A stretch of DNA of 64,000 nucleotides, from NCBI GenBank assembly GCA_001662655.1, contig KV460207.1; one strand, written 5' to 3'. The stretch's first letter is position 1; each line of letters starts with the position of its first letter. The position numbers and the translations under genes are program-made. The stretch is from Pseudogymnoascus verrucosus (lineage: Eukaryota). The notes under the pieces were generated by a model, which saw only the letters and a list, made by a program, of their open reading frames with translations, was not told where the DNA came from and made no database searches. Below, in pieces: positions 1 to 12,551 of the stretch.

Positions 1-1
1 C

Positions 2-3000
2 CATTCCATCGACTATCAATCTGACGCATCATCAACTGGCGAGTCGCCATACACCCGACGCTCGAGAACACGCAATCTTGGGACACCTCCAACCGGGGAT
101 CTAGCTCACTCCGCAAAGATGCCCCCGCATCGTAGAAGGCCAGATAGATATGGACGTACGCCACTCACGGATGCATGCGAAGATGGGGACTATGATAAGG
201 CGAAGCACCTGCTTGCAGAGTATCCAGAGGACCTCGACCAACCAGACGCAGCTAGGAACACGCCTTTGCAATGTGCAAGCTTGAACGGCCACGAAGACAT
301 TGTCCAAATGTTACTTCAGAATGGCTGCAACGTTCATTGCAAGAATGACCTTGGAGACTCGCCTCTTTTGGATGCTGTAGAGAATGGCCACTTGCAAGTA
401 ATCAGACTTCTTCTTGGTGCGGGTGTGGATCCCCGTGCACGAAATAAGTTGGGTGAGGAACCTATCACGAAAATCAATGAAGACGATGAGGATGCCGATG
501 CAATACGGGAAGCTCTTTTAGCGGCCCGCTTGACATATGCACAAGCCCGCCCCTCAGCCACTAGCCAGACTCCGCAAGCCGAAACCAGTGACTCTAGGAA
601 TCGAAGGACCATGAGCCACGGCAGATCGAATAGGACTGGCCAGCACCAGCTTTACACACCACTCACTGTCACCACTCTCAGAACTGCGGCAGCCAAGGGC
701 GACCTTCAAACGGTGGGCTTGGTAGCTTCAGTTCTCGAAGAAGGCCTCGATGATGCTGAATCTTTGATCGCAGCAGCCAAGGGCGGCCACGATGAAGTCC
801 TGCAGATCCTACTGGCAGTCGGCAATGCGAACCCTGATCCATCTCCTATCCCTGGGTCCTGGGAGTACTCCACGCCAATCCTTGCGGCAATTGGCGGCGA
901 GAACATGAAGGTCATTGAGCTGCTTCTTGCAAATATCGATGACGGTAGATTCGACCCGACAAAAACTTACCGTGGCCGAACCTACTATGAGATTGCCAAG
1001 GAACGTGCTGGGCCCCTTTGGGAGGATGAGGAGAAGCTCCTGAAAGGTGCCTTTGATAACTACAAATCGTCAGCACGATCTGGTCGCTCTGGTCACTCCT
1101 CCAACAATCAACCAACTAGGTCTCACAGGAAGAAGCCATCGGATGCCTCCGACAGACCAAACGGAAGCAAGGAAAAGCATCAGGCCGGGGACAATGGAGT
1201 TGACCACAGACGGGATCGATTGGGTTCTCCAGGTAGAAAAGGCGTGAGTCGTTCTAAGGAAGGTGGTGAGGCTCTTGACCGAGAATCAGTCCCGTCACCT
1301 TCTCAGGAGAGAAAGAGATCAGAGCTCGATCGAACTGTTAGCCCGTCTGAATCGGAACCAACCAAACCTAGGCGCAAGTTAATATCTGGGAGAGATTTGA
1401 AGGGTGGACGCGAGAAGCAAAAATCAAATACCTCTATCACGTCTCCGCCTGGGGCAACCTCGGCTGGCGCTGATGACGATAAGTTAGATGCTGCTGGGAG
1501 AAAGAAAAACCTACAGCGTTCTGACTCTAAGGCTGCCTCTGATTCTGTGACTGAGCGGTCGAGGTCCGCTAAGCGAGAAAAGTCGTCAGACCGCATGTCA
1601 ACAATCAGAGCTCAGTCACCAACAAAGAGACCGAGGACAAGCTCAACACCTCCATCTGAATCGCAAGAAGCTTCAAATAAACGCAGACGTCTCGAATCGG
1701 AATCAAAGGGGCTACGCCGTTCCGAGAGTGTACGAGACACATCTCCTAATCATCGCAAGCCAATGCCACCTAGGTCAGACTCATCAACGCAAAAACCTAG
1801 CTCCTCAAAGGAACAAAGGCTTGAACCTGGCCGTAAAGAAAACCAGAAGCTGTCCAGCAAGCCAACGCTTTCTGGCGAAAAATCATCTTCTCACAAAGAG
1901 GCCAGACCTCGTCCCACTGAGGGTGTGCCAAGCGCCAGATCAAGCCAAGAGGCCGATCAGAAGACCAATTCCGCCGAAGAGGCTGCAGCACTCATTAAGA
2001 AGAAGGCTCAGAAGGAAGCAAGGGAAGCAATGGACGCGGAACGCGAGAAGGCAGAGCGTGAAAAGGCTGAGCGAGAGAAGGCAGAGCAAGAGAAGGCAAA
2101 ACGAGAGAAGACCGAACGTGAGATGAAGATCAAGAAGGAAGAAGATGACCGTATTGAGAAGGAACGCGCCGAGGAAGCAAAGCGACGCGTAGAAGAGGCT
2201 CGTGTAGCCCGTGAAGCAGCAGAGAAGCGCAAACTCGAAGAGCAGGCTAAGCGAGCGGAAGAAGACGCTAGGAGAGCGAAAGAGGAGGCCGAACTCCAAG
2301 AACAGCAGAGGCGCGAAGAAGCCGAGGCGCAGCGTCGTGCTGAGGAGGAAAGAAAGCACAAGCTTGAGGAGCAGCAGCGCATTCAGCGCGAGGAAGCAGA
2401 ACGCAGACGAGCTGCCCATATTGCCGAACAGCGAGCGGAGCGCCTCCGTGTTATGAAAGAGAAGGAGGCAGCGCGCCTTGCAATGTTGCCTCCTTTGCTG
2501 CGCTGGTTTGATGGTTTGGCCCAACCCGCAATGGCAGAGGTTGCTGTGAAGTTCAAGTTTATGCAAGGCGTCCGCTATGATACGATCGTTCCTGAGGCAA
2601 CCGGTAAGCCAGACGGTAGAGAGCAGTGGGTGCTAAACACGCACGTCGCGCTCCTCCTCGGCGAGAAGGACCTCCAACTCAGCCGATGTAAGTCCCGCCA
2701 TCTCTTCTATAGCCCGCGTCTTTACTAACACCTATCTAGACACAGCATGGGAGCGCGTCTCTGCTTCATTCCTCGCCAAACAAGGTCTCTGGCGTCTTAA
2801 TAAAGACATGTACTCGATGACACGCCCGGACCTGTACCCCTACAACCCCCAGTTCGCCGCGAACCCTTTCCAGAGAGTATCCCCCATGGAAGCCAACGAC
2901 ATGCGCAAAGCCACCTTGCCGCTCTTCCTCGGCCTCGACCTATTCTTCGTCAAGGTCGCAGACCTGATGTTCATCGCGCCGTCCATCCCGCACCTGCGTA

Positions 3001-3431
3001 ACCTCCAGCTCAAGGTCGAGTATTACGAGGCGCTCCCTGATGAGAGCTGGCTGGACCGCTGGGCCGCGCCGGACAAGTGGAAGCAGGACCCTGACTGCGA
3101 GAAGTACTTGGGATTTGCGCCAGGCACGAAAACGTATGTTAATGGCGACCTGGTGAGCCAGGGGGGTGCACAGTTGGCAGTGGTGTCACACAGGCCGTTT
3201 CCATCGACGAGGGTTCCTCGCGCGGGGTTCATGGAGGTGAAGAAGGGGGAGCCGGAGTATGAAGATCTTGCGAAGCAGCAGGATCTGGGAGATGGAGAGG
3301 TTAATGGGCAGGTAGCGAAGGGGGGGGCGAATGGACATGCGGAGGCTGAGAAGAGCGGGGGCGAGGCACCGAAGAAGGGGGAGAGCGATGCGGGTGTCAC
3401 GGATGGAGTTGGCGCGAATGGGGTTCTGTGA
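2..3431 (+). CDS. Ankyrin-repeat protein with long Ser/Arg-rich linker and charged coiled coil (resembles fungal Set3C/Hos4-type ankyrin proteins); 5' end probably outside window
   Basis: Frame is open from nt 2. Ankyrin motifs GRTPLTDAC, NTPLQCASLNGH, GDSPLLDAVENGH and LIAAAKGGH; EK/ER-rich coiled coil. Intron 2688-2739 (GTAAGT...CTAAC...TAG) joins LSR-Y-TAWER into the ORF ending at TGA 3431. Confidence 0.85.
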
Positions 3432-4119
3432 GCGTAGGGAGGGCGGATTGGTTTGGTTTTGTGTGGCTAGCTGTTTGGCTTTGTTTACGATACCTGTTAT
3501 GATATGGCGGTCTGCACGATGTAGGTGTCGTTGGGACGGCGAGATGTGATGAGGTGGGTGGAGGAGGGGTGACTTAATGATGGGCGGGTGGGTGTTTTTA
3601 GTGACGAGGGATCGGATACAAGAAGGCAACGAATTAGGTGGATATCAGAATTCGGGAGATGTAGAGTATGTAGCTAGATTAGTAAATCAAGCAATGTTCT
3701 CATTTATTCGTCATGATGTTCGTTTTGCCAATGATTACTTTGCAAATTGATGTGTTTTCCCGGCATAGATAAACTCTAGATTGCGCACACGGTGAATTTC
3801 AATACCGGGCTGCCTTGGATTCCTAGATCCATTATATATACAGAGACAGTTTCATTAACCCCCCAATCCAATCCAACCCAACCAATGCAGTCTTAATGAT
3901 AGTGCGGACCGTCCTTGCCCAATGCCAATAAACCATAAAAACGCCAACACACATACAGAAGGTCTCCAAGCCCGAGCTCTACCTCTAACGTCTACACAAG
4001 CCAACTCTGTCGACCCGATGGGCCAACACACGGTCAACCATCAAATAGATGGCAACATCTTACACTGCTGGAGCCAAAGCTCCTCAGTCTCGTTTCTCAA
4101 AACAAATGACACCCATAAC

Positions 4120-5265
4120 TCATAGCCCCTTATCCCCCTTATCAACCCCTGAACTTCTCGCCTCCCCCTCTGCTGCTGGGCTCCCTCCCCACCCCCATGG
4201 TATCCAAGTTCCTGGCTCCCTCCTCCCACCCGCACCCGCCTCACCAATCCCCTCCAACGGATCAATCTTCTCAAAATCACCTTCACTCCTACTCTTACTA
4301 AGCTCACTTAGCGCCGCCTCGCTCACTCTCCGCGGCACCTCCCCATCTCCCCCAAGCAACCCACCGAGCACCCCCCTCCCCGCCTCTTCAGAAGGGGAAG
4401 CCGTTGCCTCGCGATCCAGCGCCGAAAGCAGAAACATGAGGCGCTCGCGCTGGGCGCTTATGAAGGACGCGCGCTCGGGGCCCTGGATGGACTCCGGTAC
4501 TAGATTGGTCGCCTGCACCGACGGGGACGATGACGTCGCGGCACTCACCGCGTTGGCGAGCAGTCCCGATATATCGGCGGCGGACCAACCTCCCCCCGCC
4601 GCAGCTGCGAATGCCGGGCGCGCGCTGGGAAGGTTGAAGCGCTCGAGGAGGGAGGCGGTGTAGGAGCGCTGCGCGGGTGGGGGTGGAAGGGGTTCTTGCT
4701 GGGTTGGAAGGCCGAGGAGCTGCGACTTGGCGAGGTTGAAGGCGCGGCGGAGGTAGATCCAAAAGGAGGTGCGGAGGCGGTGATGGGTTGTGGTTATGAA
4801 GTCGTCGATGGCGAGTTCATGGGTGCGCAGGAAGGGGTGTAGGCGGGTTTCATAGAGGAGGCGTGCGCCTTGGGTTTGTGGGGCGATGAGGTAGAGGAGG
4901 AAGAAAAGGCGGAACCAGGCGTAGAAGGGGATCCTGGGAGGGGGGGTTAGCAGGTGGATCTGGGTGGGGTGGAAGAGGAAAAGGGGGGCGTACCAGTATA
5001 GGATGAAGTAGAGCCACGATTCAGCGAGGAGGCCACAGGCAAGGACAACCCAGTACATTAGCCATGGCTTGAGGAGGGCGGGGTCACCCGCGTTGAGAGC
5101 TTTGTAGGAGGCAAACACGGGGAAGAGGAAGGTGGCGATCGACCTGGGAGAGCTATTAGTATGGATAGTATGGAGAGTAGGCAGTGGTTTGTAGTGGGAG
5201 GGGTTGGTGAAGTGTGGGATAAGAGGGGGAGCGTACGATAAGAGCATGGCAAAGAGGTCGAACAT
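4120..5265 (-). CDS. TB2/DP1/HVA22 (REEP/Yop1-like) ER-shaping membrane protein
   Basis: Motifs FLFPVFASYKAL, WLMYWVV, WIPFYAWFRLFFLLYL and PQTQGARLLYETRLHPFL. Exons 5265-5237, 5143-4994 and 4933-4120, with GTACGC donors and CAG acceptors. Confidence 0.9.
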   Translation of the reverse strand: MFDLFAMLLSYAPPLIPHFTNPSHYKPLPTLHTIHTNSSPRSIATFLFPVFASYKALNAGDPALLKPWLMYWVVLACGLLAESWLYFILYWYAPLFLFHPTQIHLLTPPPRIPFYAWFRLFFLLYLIAPQTQGARLLYETRLHPFLRTHELAIDDFITTTHHRLRTSFWIYLRRAFNLAKSQLLGLPTQQEPLPPPPAQRSYTASLLERFNLPSARPAFAAAAGGGWSAADISGLLANAVSAATSSSPSVQATNLVPESIQGPERASFISAQRERLMFLLSALDREATASPSEEAGRGVLGGLLGGDGEVPRRVSEAALSELSKSRSEGDFEKIDPLEGIGEAGAGGRREPGTWIPWGWGGSPAAEGEARSSGVDKGDKGL

Positions 5266-8200
5266 GGCTGCGGCGAGAAGACAGCGAGAAAGCTGTGCCG
5301 GTCTAGAGAAAGTAGTTGCTTTTCATGGGCGATTTATAGTAGAAGTCTATATCTACGAGGGCGTACTCTGAATATTCTAGTAGTAATAAGAAGTAACACG
5401 AGGGGAAGCCTATAGACGATGACGACGATGGTGGTTGTTTGCATCGCGGCAGTCGATGCGGCTTACATAAGCGAACATGACCTGACGCGTGACCTTGGGA
5501 GGTAAAATTGTTCTGTATCCTTATCCAAATCCTTTATCGTCCCTTTTCTGTGGGGATGCGCGTCTGTCCCTGAAAATGAAACTCCACATGAACTCTGAGA
5601 TCTCAAATTCAAATGTGAAAGCAGCAATCGAAAAGAAAAATGCAATTGCCGCCTAGAATTACCGCCTTCAGCGCGATCGGCTAGAAACAATATCGATAGC
5701 GGCAACGGAGGCCAAGACAATGGCAATCGCCGTCGTATCTGTACCTGCTATACGCAGGAACAACTATCACAATCCCAGGCGCTTGTTCTTCATGCAAGTG
5801 ACGAATTCTCTTCACACTCCTCGCAATTTCCGCCGCCTAATATCCGCGATGGCGGAAGTAATGCGGTATTACCACACCACGCCATGGCATCATGCCAATA
5901 TCCAACACAGCCTGGCGGCCCCTGATCTTCAACTATGGCACTGTTGGATCTAGGGAAAGGAGAGCCTAGACCACTGTTTTCTCTTCATGCGCAGCAACCG
6001 AAGGCTGCCTATCCCTACCATAGAATCCTTGTCCTAAGGGACAAACACTTTGATCCTGTAGAAGCTCCCTGCTGGTTTCGAAGCCACTTTTCGGAACTAC
6101 ACAGGATATATCACGTGCAGGAGTAACACTGATGTTGGACGCAGCGTCTCAATCGGGCGGGGAAAGGAGAATTTGCGGCGCGCTCGATCGGAGCGAGGGC
6201 CGAGCGAAGTGGGCCTTTGTTGGAGTCAGGATGAGATGGTGATCTACACTAGGATATTTGCCTGACCAGGGCAAGGAGGTCTTTGGTAGATTGAGTTTGT
6301 TGGTGATGTGAGTGATGTTACAGCAACGGCGAAGATCAAGGAGCTGTGGAGAGGCATTTATGGGGTTCAGGGCAATATATGAGAATATTCTGTAGCCGAT
6401 CAATCACTCGGGCACGGATCGGGACAGCTCGCCGTGAAAGTTACAGAACTGGTCTATCTTGACTATCACGGCAGTGATTGCGGCTACTCTGCCACCACAG
6501 TTCAAGTTCGGCAGTCAGTTATCAGAAACCTCGTGTCTCGGAACAACTTCCAACGAGATTGCTGACACGTTTCTGGCGCTGCAATGGCGGGCTTGTCAAC
6601 TGGCTAGTGTGCATAGTTGGAGGATCGGTGTCGCGGCCCCGCGCGGCCATACTAGGGACGGCACGTGCGGCTGATGCACATCCGCGCCCCAACAACGTTG
6701 CCGAGCCGTAGCTTAGTCGAGATCAGGTGGGTATGATGGTCTCATGATGGGGGCCACGGAATGCGGGGAGCGAGATAGGAGCGAGATTGGAGCGAGTGGA
6801 GGAAGGGCGAAGGATGAGCACGGTGATGGACGACGCAGGCTTCGGGGTTTGGCTGGTGGACATTATGGACATCACAGACTAGTTGGGTAAGCTGACACGT
6901 GGGGGGGAGTTGTAGTGAGGCTGTTGGTTAATTACTGTGCATAGCCAGCCACTGACCTAGTCGAGAGTTCGTTAGTTCGCATGGGTTACAGTTTATGTGG
7001 CCTAGCTAGCTCGTGTCTGAGCAAGCAAGTGCCGTTTCTGCCGAATAACACTTTGGGTAAAGAAGCTGGCGAAGAATAGAAGACAAGGGAGAGAGGCCGA
7101 CGAAAGCGAGAAAAATCGAGAGCCAATCGATCGCGCAATTATTTCGAGGGATCATTGTTGGTGCTTAGATGGAACGGATTGGTAAGGGGGTAGCTGCGGT
7201 CAAGGCGTCGCACGGCTGGCTCGACCTGTCAGAAGAGGCGTCGAGGCGCCCACGCTTGCGATTGGCCAGACAATTCTCATTCTTGGGACAGAAGCGAATT
7301 TCTGATTCGTCAACGAAAAACTCGCAATTTTCATTTTCGTCTCCGATACGGAGAGGATAGGTGGAAAAGAATGTCTTGCGATACTGGCGTGAATGGCGGC
7401 TTCGGCTAGGCTAACGGATTAGACTGGCGGGCTGGGCGGTCTTGTTTGGGTAAGTGAGACATCGTGAACGGGGGGGCTAGAGGATGAAGAGCATGAGGTC
7501 GACGAGGAGGACGTGGATGTTATTGAGGCATTTCAAGTGCGGGGGGTCCAATCGGGGAGACTGAGCAACGGAGAGTGGATGGGTTGCACCGAGCATGCTC
7601 GGGCACGGGACCTCTCTTTTGCGAATGGAGAACGAGATACGATGAGCGACGGGATCTCTTCAGCTCAGGAGATTCTCCTGATGAAGAGGCTACGGAGGCT
7701 CACTGCAACGTACTCTCTCTGGATCCCAGGACATCGAAATTGCCGTGAAACATACACGACATCGCGTGGTGGACAGAGACAGGGACGGGGGGAGTCGTGT
7801 ACCTCGAGGGGGTTACTGTGATGTGCAGTGCAGCGAAGTGCAGCAGCGGCGATGTGCTGAACTACGGACGGGAGGGAGGGAAGGGAGTGCGAAAGGCTCG
7901 AGCCGCCGCGTCCGTTAGCGGCAGGATCGTTTTGTAATCCCTCGCTCATACCAGCCCGTATAAGGTAGTTGAGACTAAGAACCAGAGCTAAGACGGCGAA
8001 GTACAGTGCCGCTGCCCACTTGCAATGCACCCCACGCAGAACAACGGGGGCGCGAGAAGCAGATCTCGCGCCAAGGCAGGCTTAGGGTATTGAGCCTGTC
8101 GCTCTATCTGGCAGCGGGCGGTCGAAGCGGGCTGTTGAGATCAAAAAGTGAAGATCTCGTTACAGAGTGGACACTATAGGGTTCCAGTCTAGATGTACCT

Positions 8201-8411
8201 GAGCAGTACAAGCAACCAAGTACAAAGTTACAACTGCTCTCCTCAGTGGAAGTATAGCATCCGCAGAGATCGGTCGATTGTCATGGATGCCAGGAAGCTA
8301 GTCGAGGGCTCCTTTTGATCGGTCAGTCCGACCATGGCTAGTTGGCCTGGGGCTGTCCTTGGGGGTAATGGCGATTGTTCATAATGGGGATGCTAACGAG
8401 GGGGGACAGTT

Positions 8412-8447
8412 TGGAGGATACACTGGAGGACACACTGGAGGACACGC
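8412..8447. repeat. Short 12-bp tandem repeat (TGGAGGA[C/T]ACAC) x3
   Basis: tggaggatacac tggaggacacac tggaggacacgc seen directly. Confidence 0.8.
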
Positions 8448-9840
8448 TGTCGTGAGAGCATCAGCAAGCCGGTAGTTGAAGAGAGTTTGTGGAGAGTCAT
8501 ACTAGAGTACAGTAGGTGTCCTGGGGACAGGAGAATTGGGACACTGTACTCCCCGTTGTAGCACTGTGGTACACTTCAGTAAGATGCTCCCTTCTTGCTG
8601 AAGCATTCTCCGGCGCTGACAAAAATCTTTTGCTCTCAACAGAAACTCACAGACTCACAGAGGTACTTCCCGTTCTCTCCACCCACACCAGACACACGAG
8701 GTATCTATCTGTCTCTTCTTTCGTTCCTTTCAACAGCAACCACAACCACAACAACAGCCACAACAACAACCACAACAAGGGTCCAGGGGTCAAGGGTTCC
8801 TCTTGGGGCTTCGAGTACTAGAGGAGTATCCCCTCCCCTCCCTAGTCCAACGAAACCTCGCCATTGTACTCTGTTGCTCACGTATCTTTCTTGTACCTCG
8901 CCAGTTCTTCTGAACCACCTCCTCCTCCCTCTCGTCAAAAATATCCACTCAAGTCCCCATATTCACCCATCATCATCAACCCATCCCCCATCAATACATC
9001 ATCATTCTCCTCACTTCTCACTCCTCACCACTCTATACCATAACAGTTAACAAATAGGCCTAAGCCCCGAGCTAAGCCGCCCCCCCTGTTGTTTCGATCG
9101 GAAGGACGAGAGCAGATCAAACCCCATAAAAACACTACTTTCGTTCTTATATACACACAGACATTATCAATATATACCTACTCTCCCACGCATACACCAC
9201 AGACCCTACCTGCAACGTCCTGCATCTTCTTCCGAATTTCTCCTCCTGCATACTCTCTGGAGACCCGTTCTTTCATTTTCATGCACCCCATCCCACGGCA
9301 CTTACATATACATCGTCCACAGCATCACCGCCGCCGTCGCCGTCGTCCCCATTATTGTCGTAAACCAGACCGCTCCCTGCCACGCTCTGTCGGCAGCCAA
9401 CGCTCGCAGAAAGGTGGCTGCAAGGCCCACCAGGACGAGTGTTCCCATCCAAGCCACATACTGTGTTGTGCTACATCTCCAAGTTCGGAACCTAAGCTAG
9501 CTCTTTTTGACACTCCGACTCGGCTTTCCCACTTCTATGCGCCCGGTATCCTGACTGCCTCAGCTCGCAGTTTCTCACCTTCGCAGCTCCAAAGTTGACA
9601 GTCGAGGAAAGAACTTCCTGCTACATCTGGCCAACTTCTCAGTTCCGTTGCTGCAATCTCCTAGGGGTATCTGCCTCCAAAACCTCCCGGGAACCGACGC
9701 TCCGCATCTTATCATGCATGTAGATAGCCACTGTTCCTGAACCTACCCACTTTGAACAGGAACCAGTGCAGAGACGGCTGCGCAGTTCCAACAACCAGGA
9801 AACGCACGTACAGGATCACTCATAAGCCCCCTCGCGACTT

Positions 9841-11581
9841 ATGATCTGGGCATCGACAGACGAGGAAGAGCAAGCAATGCACGGTATGATGGGTCACTTT
9901 GGCATGGACGATGACCCGAACCACCAGCAGAGCAGCGAGCAGCACGGCAACTACAGCAACGACGTCTGGGCTGGCATTCCCGCAAATAGTTATTCCTCGC
10001 CACAACAGACATCGCCCATGTATGAATACCAGAACTACCAGCTCATGAACCACGGGCTACCACTCAGTCTACCCGAACATCCCACCTTTCCGAGGATGCC
10101 GCCTCCACCGGCGCATCAGCAAACTCTCCTACCACTTCTCCCCGCTCCGGCTTGGATGAATAACAATCCCGCCATGTCCAATTTTCCCGCTACCATGCCC
10201 AGCATGTTGACAAACCCAGGCGGGCACCCGACACGACAGGTCAGAATGGCGCCCAACTCCGCGCGGGTGAGAGCGTCGAAACCATCGCCACAACATGGCG
10301 GTGGTAGGAAATGCTTGACCGATGAGGCAAAACGAAGAATATGCCAAATCCACATGGACAACCCGAGTATGAAACAGGCACAAATCGGAGGTGAGTTCCT
10401 GTATTGTTGCCAAATTATGGACGCTAACATCTGTGTAGCTCAGTTCAATGTCGAGAGAAGGTATGCACTTAGGCCCTTTGATTCTCCCCAATGCATTATC
10501 TAACCGCTGTAGCACTGTCTCCAAAGTCCTGCGCCAAAAGGAGAAGTTCCTGTCTCTCGAAGAGCCCAGCGTATCGCCTGCCAAGCTACCAAAAGGCAGA
10601 GCACAAGACATCGATCTCGCTCTCCACAGTTGGTGGCACAACGAGTGGAAAAAGGGCGTTTTGCGAAACCGTGAGGAGATTAGAGAGGAGGCAATAAAAT
10701 TTTGCAGTATCCTTAATAACGAACAAGGCCTCAAAAAGGCCCACGACGACCAGTGGCTCGATGAGTTCGTACGGAACCACAACGCCAGTACGAAAAAAGA
10801 GAAGCACCACAACGTCAGTACGAAAAAACAGAAGTACAATGGCCGCATGAAACTCTCACGCCGTTCATCAGAGGCGAATATCTCTGACATCGCCACCTGG
10901 GGCCAGGGATCTGCAGGTTCGTCTATTGCCAACACGCCGAGCGGGCACTCGCCTGGCTCCCCGTATGACTTCACATCGCCACTGTCTGGGGTTAAAGACG
11001 AAGACGACTACTTGCCCTTTGGCTCCATTGGATACCGCCATTCAAACTCACGAAGCACTGCATCTCTGTCCAGCGAATTCACTGACACCACTGTGGGCTC
11101 TTCCTACTCCGGCGGCCCTTCCAGCCCCGCAACCCCCTTCTCCTTCTCCCCGGAGACGACACAAGGTCCGTTCCCGCCGCCGCAGTACGTACGGGCCATA
11201 GCACCCTCGTACCCGCAGCGCCCGCGCTCGCAGACCTTCCCCATGCTCGCCATCGACCCGGACACAGCTACAACCGCCACATTCCCTCACCACTCCACCT
11301 CGCCGCCTGCCCTCGACGCATCCTCCGACCCCATAGCCACAACCCCATCAACGACCGCCAGTACTGCCTCGACCTCCCCAACCCCAGACGACGCGCGAAT
11401 CGCTCTCGAGACCTTCCTCAACTATATGGAAGTCGCGGCGCCGCAGGGCCTCGTCGACGAAGCCGAGTACCAAACCGTTGTCAAGTTAACCGAGCGCATG
11501 CGCCAGCACAGTCTCGGGTCTATCAGGGCCATCGCCGAAGGCGACACCGGGTCCGGCAATATGGAGTGCAGCATTGTGTAG
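9841..11581 (+). CDS. CENP-B/Tc5-type helix-turn-helix DNA-binding protein (pogo-related, no DDE domain)
   Basis: Spliced RKCLTDEAKRRICQIHMDNPSMKQAQIGAQFNVERSTVSKVLRQKEKFL (CENP-B N-terminal HTH), then DIDLALHSWW...IREEA...WLDEFVRNHN (second HTH). Introns 10391-10438 and 10461-10512 flank a 22-nt micro-exon. Start codon is uncertain. Confidence 0.82.
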
Positions 11582-12551
11582 ACAGCTCATGTCATTTCGG
11601 TACGGTGCACAGCGCACGATGCCGATGTTTGGGCCCGGAAATGCCTTGCGTATTACTGTACGGTGCTGTACCAGTACCAGTGCCCAGTACCCGCCACGGG
11701 TGCTGCCGCTGCCGCGCTCCCGAGCACAATGCACGCACGTTCCCGCCGCCCGCACCCCACGATAACTACACGACATCACCACCGCACCTCCTTGCTTCCA
11801 CTCATGCTGCTTCTGTATCGAGTTTTGCAATGCGTGTTTCTGTTTCGCCATCTACGTATCTATTGTTTTTATTGTTTTTTGTTACTTCCTTTTTGTTCTT
11901 GCACCGCAATTACGTTTCTACCAGGTTCATATACCCCACATACCCCCCATAAAGACATTCCATCCGCGCAAGCGGGCTTCACTGTGATTAGCTTTTTCTG
12001 TTCTAGTTTTTGTTATTATTTCCTAGCAAAGTGGTTATTGTTTACTGCGTCGCCTCGTTCAAATATCACTATTTGCTTTTTGTGCCTGGCTTTCATGCAT
12101 GTCTGTTGTTTTATTGTTTGTTTCAGTGTTCGAGTATTTACTCCGTCTTTTCAGTTTACTGGGAATGGGATGGGAATAGGATCTAGGGATGGAAGGGGGA
12201 GGTTCAACCCACCAAACGCTTTTAATAGCGCGGAGAACGGCGAAGAGGATACTAGGTTCAACTGGGGGTTGGAAAAAGGGGTTGGTTGTATGGGAGTGAA
12301 ATCAGACTGGTTGGAGCGCCCACGCGCGTACATGGCAAGGAAGGGGAGGAAAGTAGTCTCAGAGAAAGGAAAGTTGGATATAGCAGGCTCGAACGAATGA
12401 ACTATTTGGGCGGCCCAAAGTCTGGGAGGCCCCTTCTGAACATAAAAGTCTTCGCTTGCCATGACTCGTCGTGTATATATGTGCTCCATATTATGTCGGG
12501 GTGGAGGAGATACACAACCCCCCCCCAAAAAACACCCCTAGAAAAATCTAT

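Noticed and set aside
5460..9600. Numerous 60-170-aa ORFs between the REEP and CENP-B genes
   Set aside because: No domain motifs or coherent splice pattern; several are just translated microsatellites such as (CAA/CAC)n at 8731-8778.
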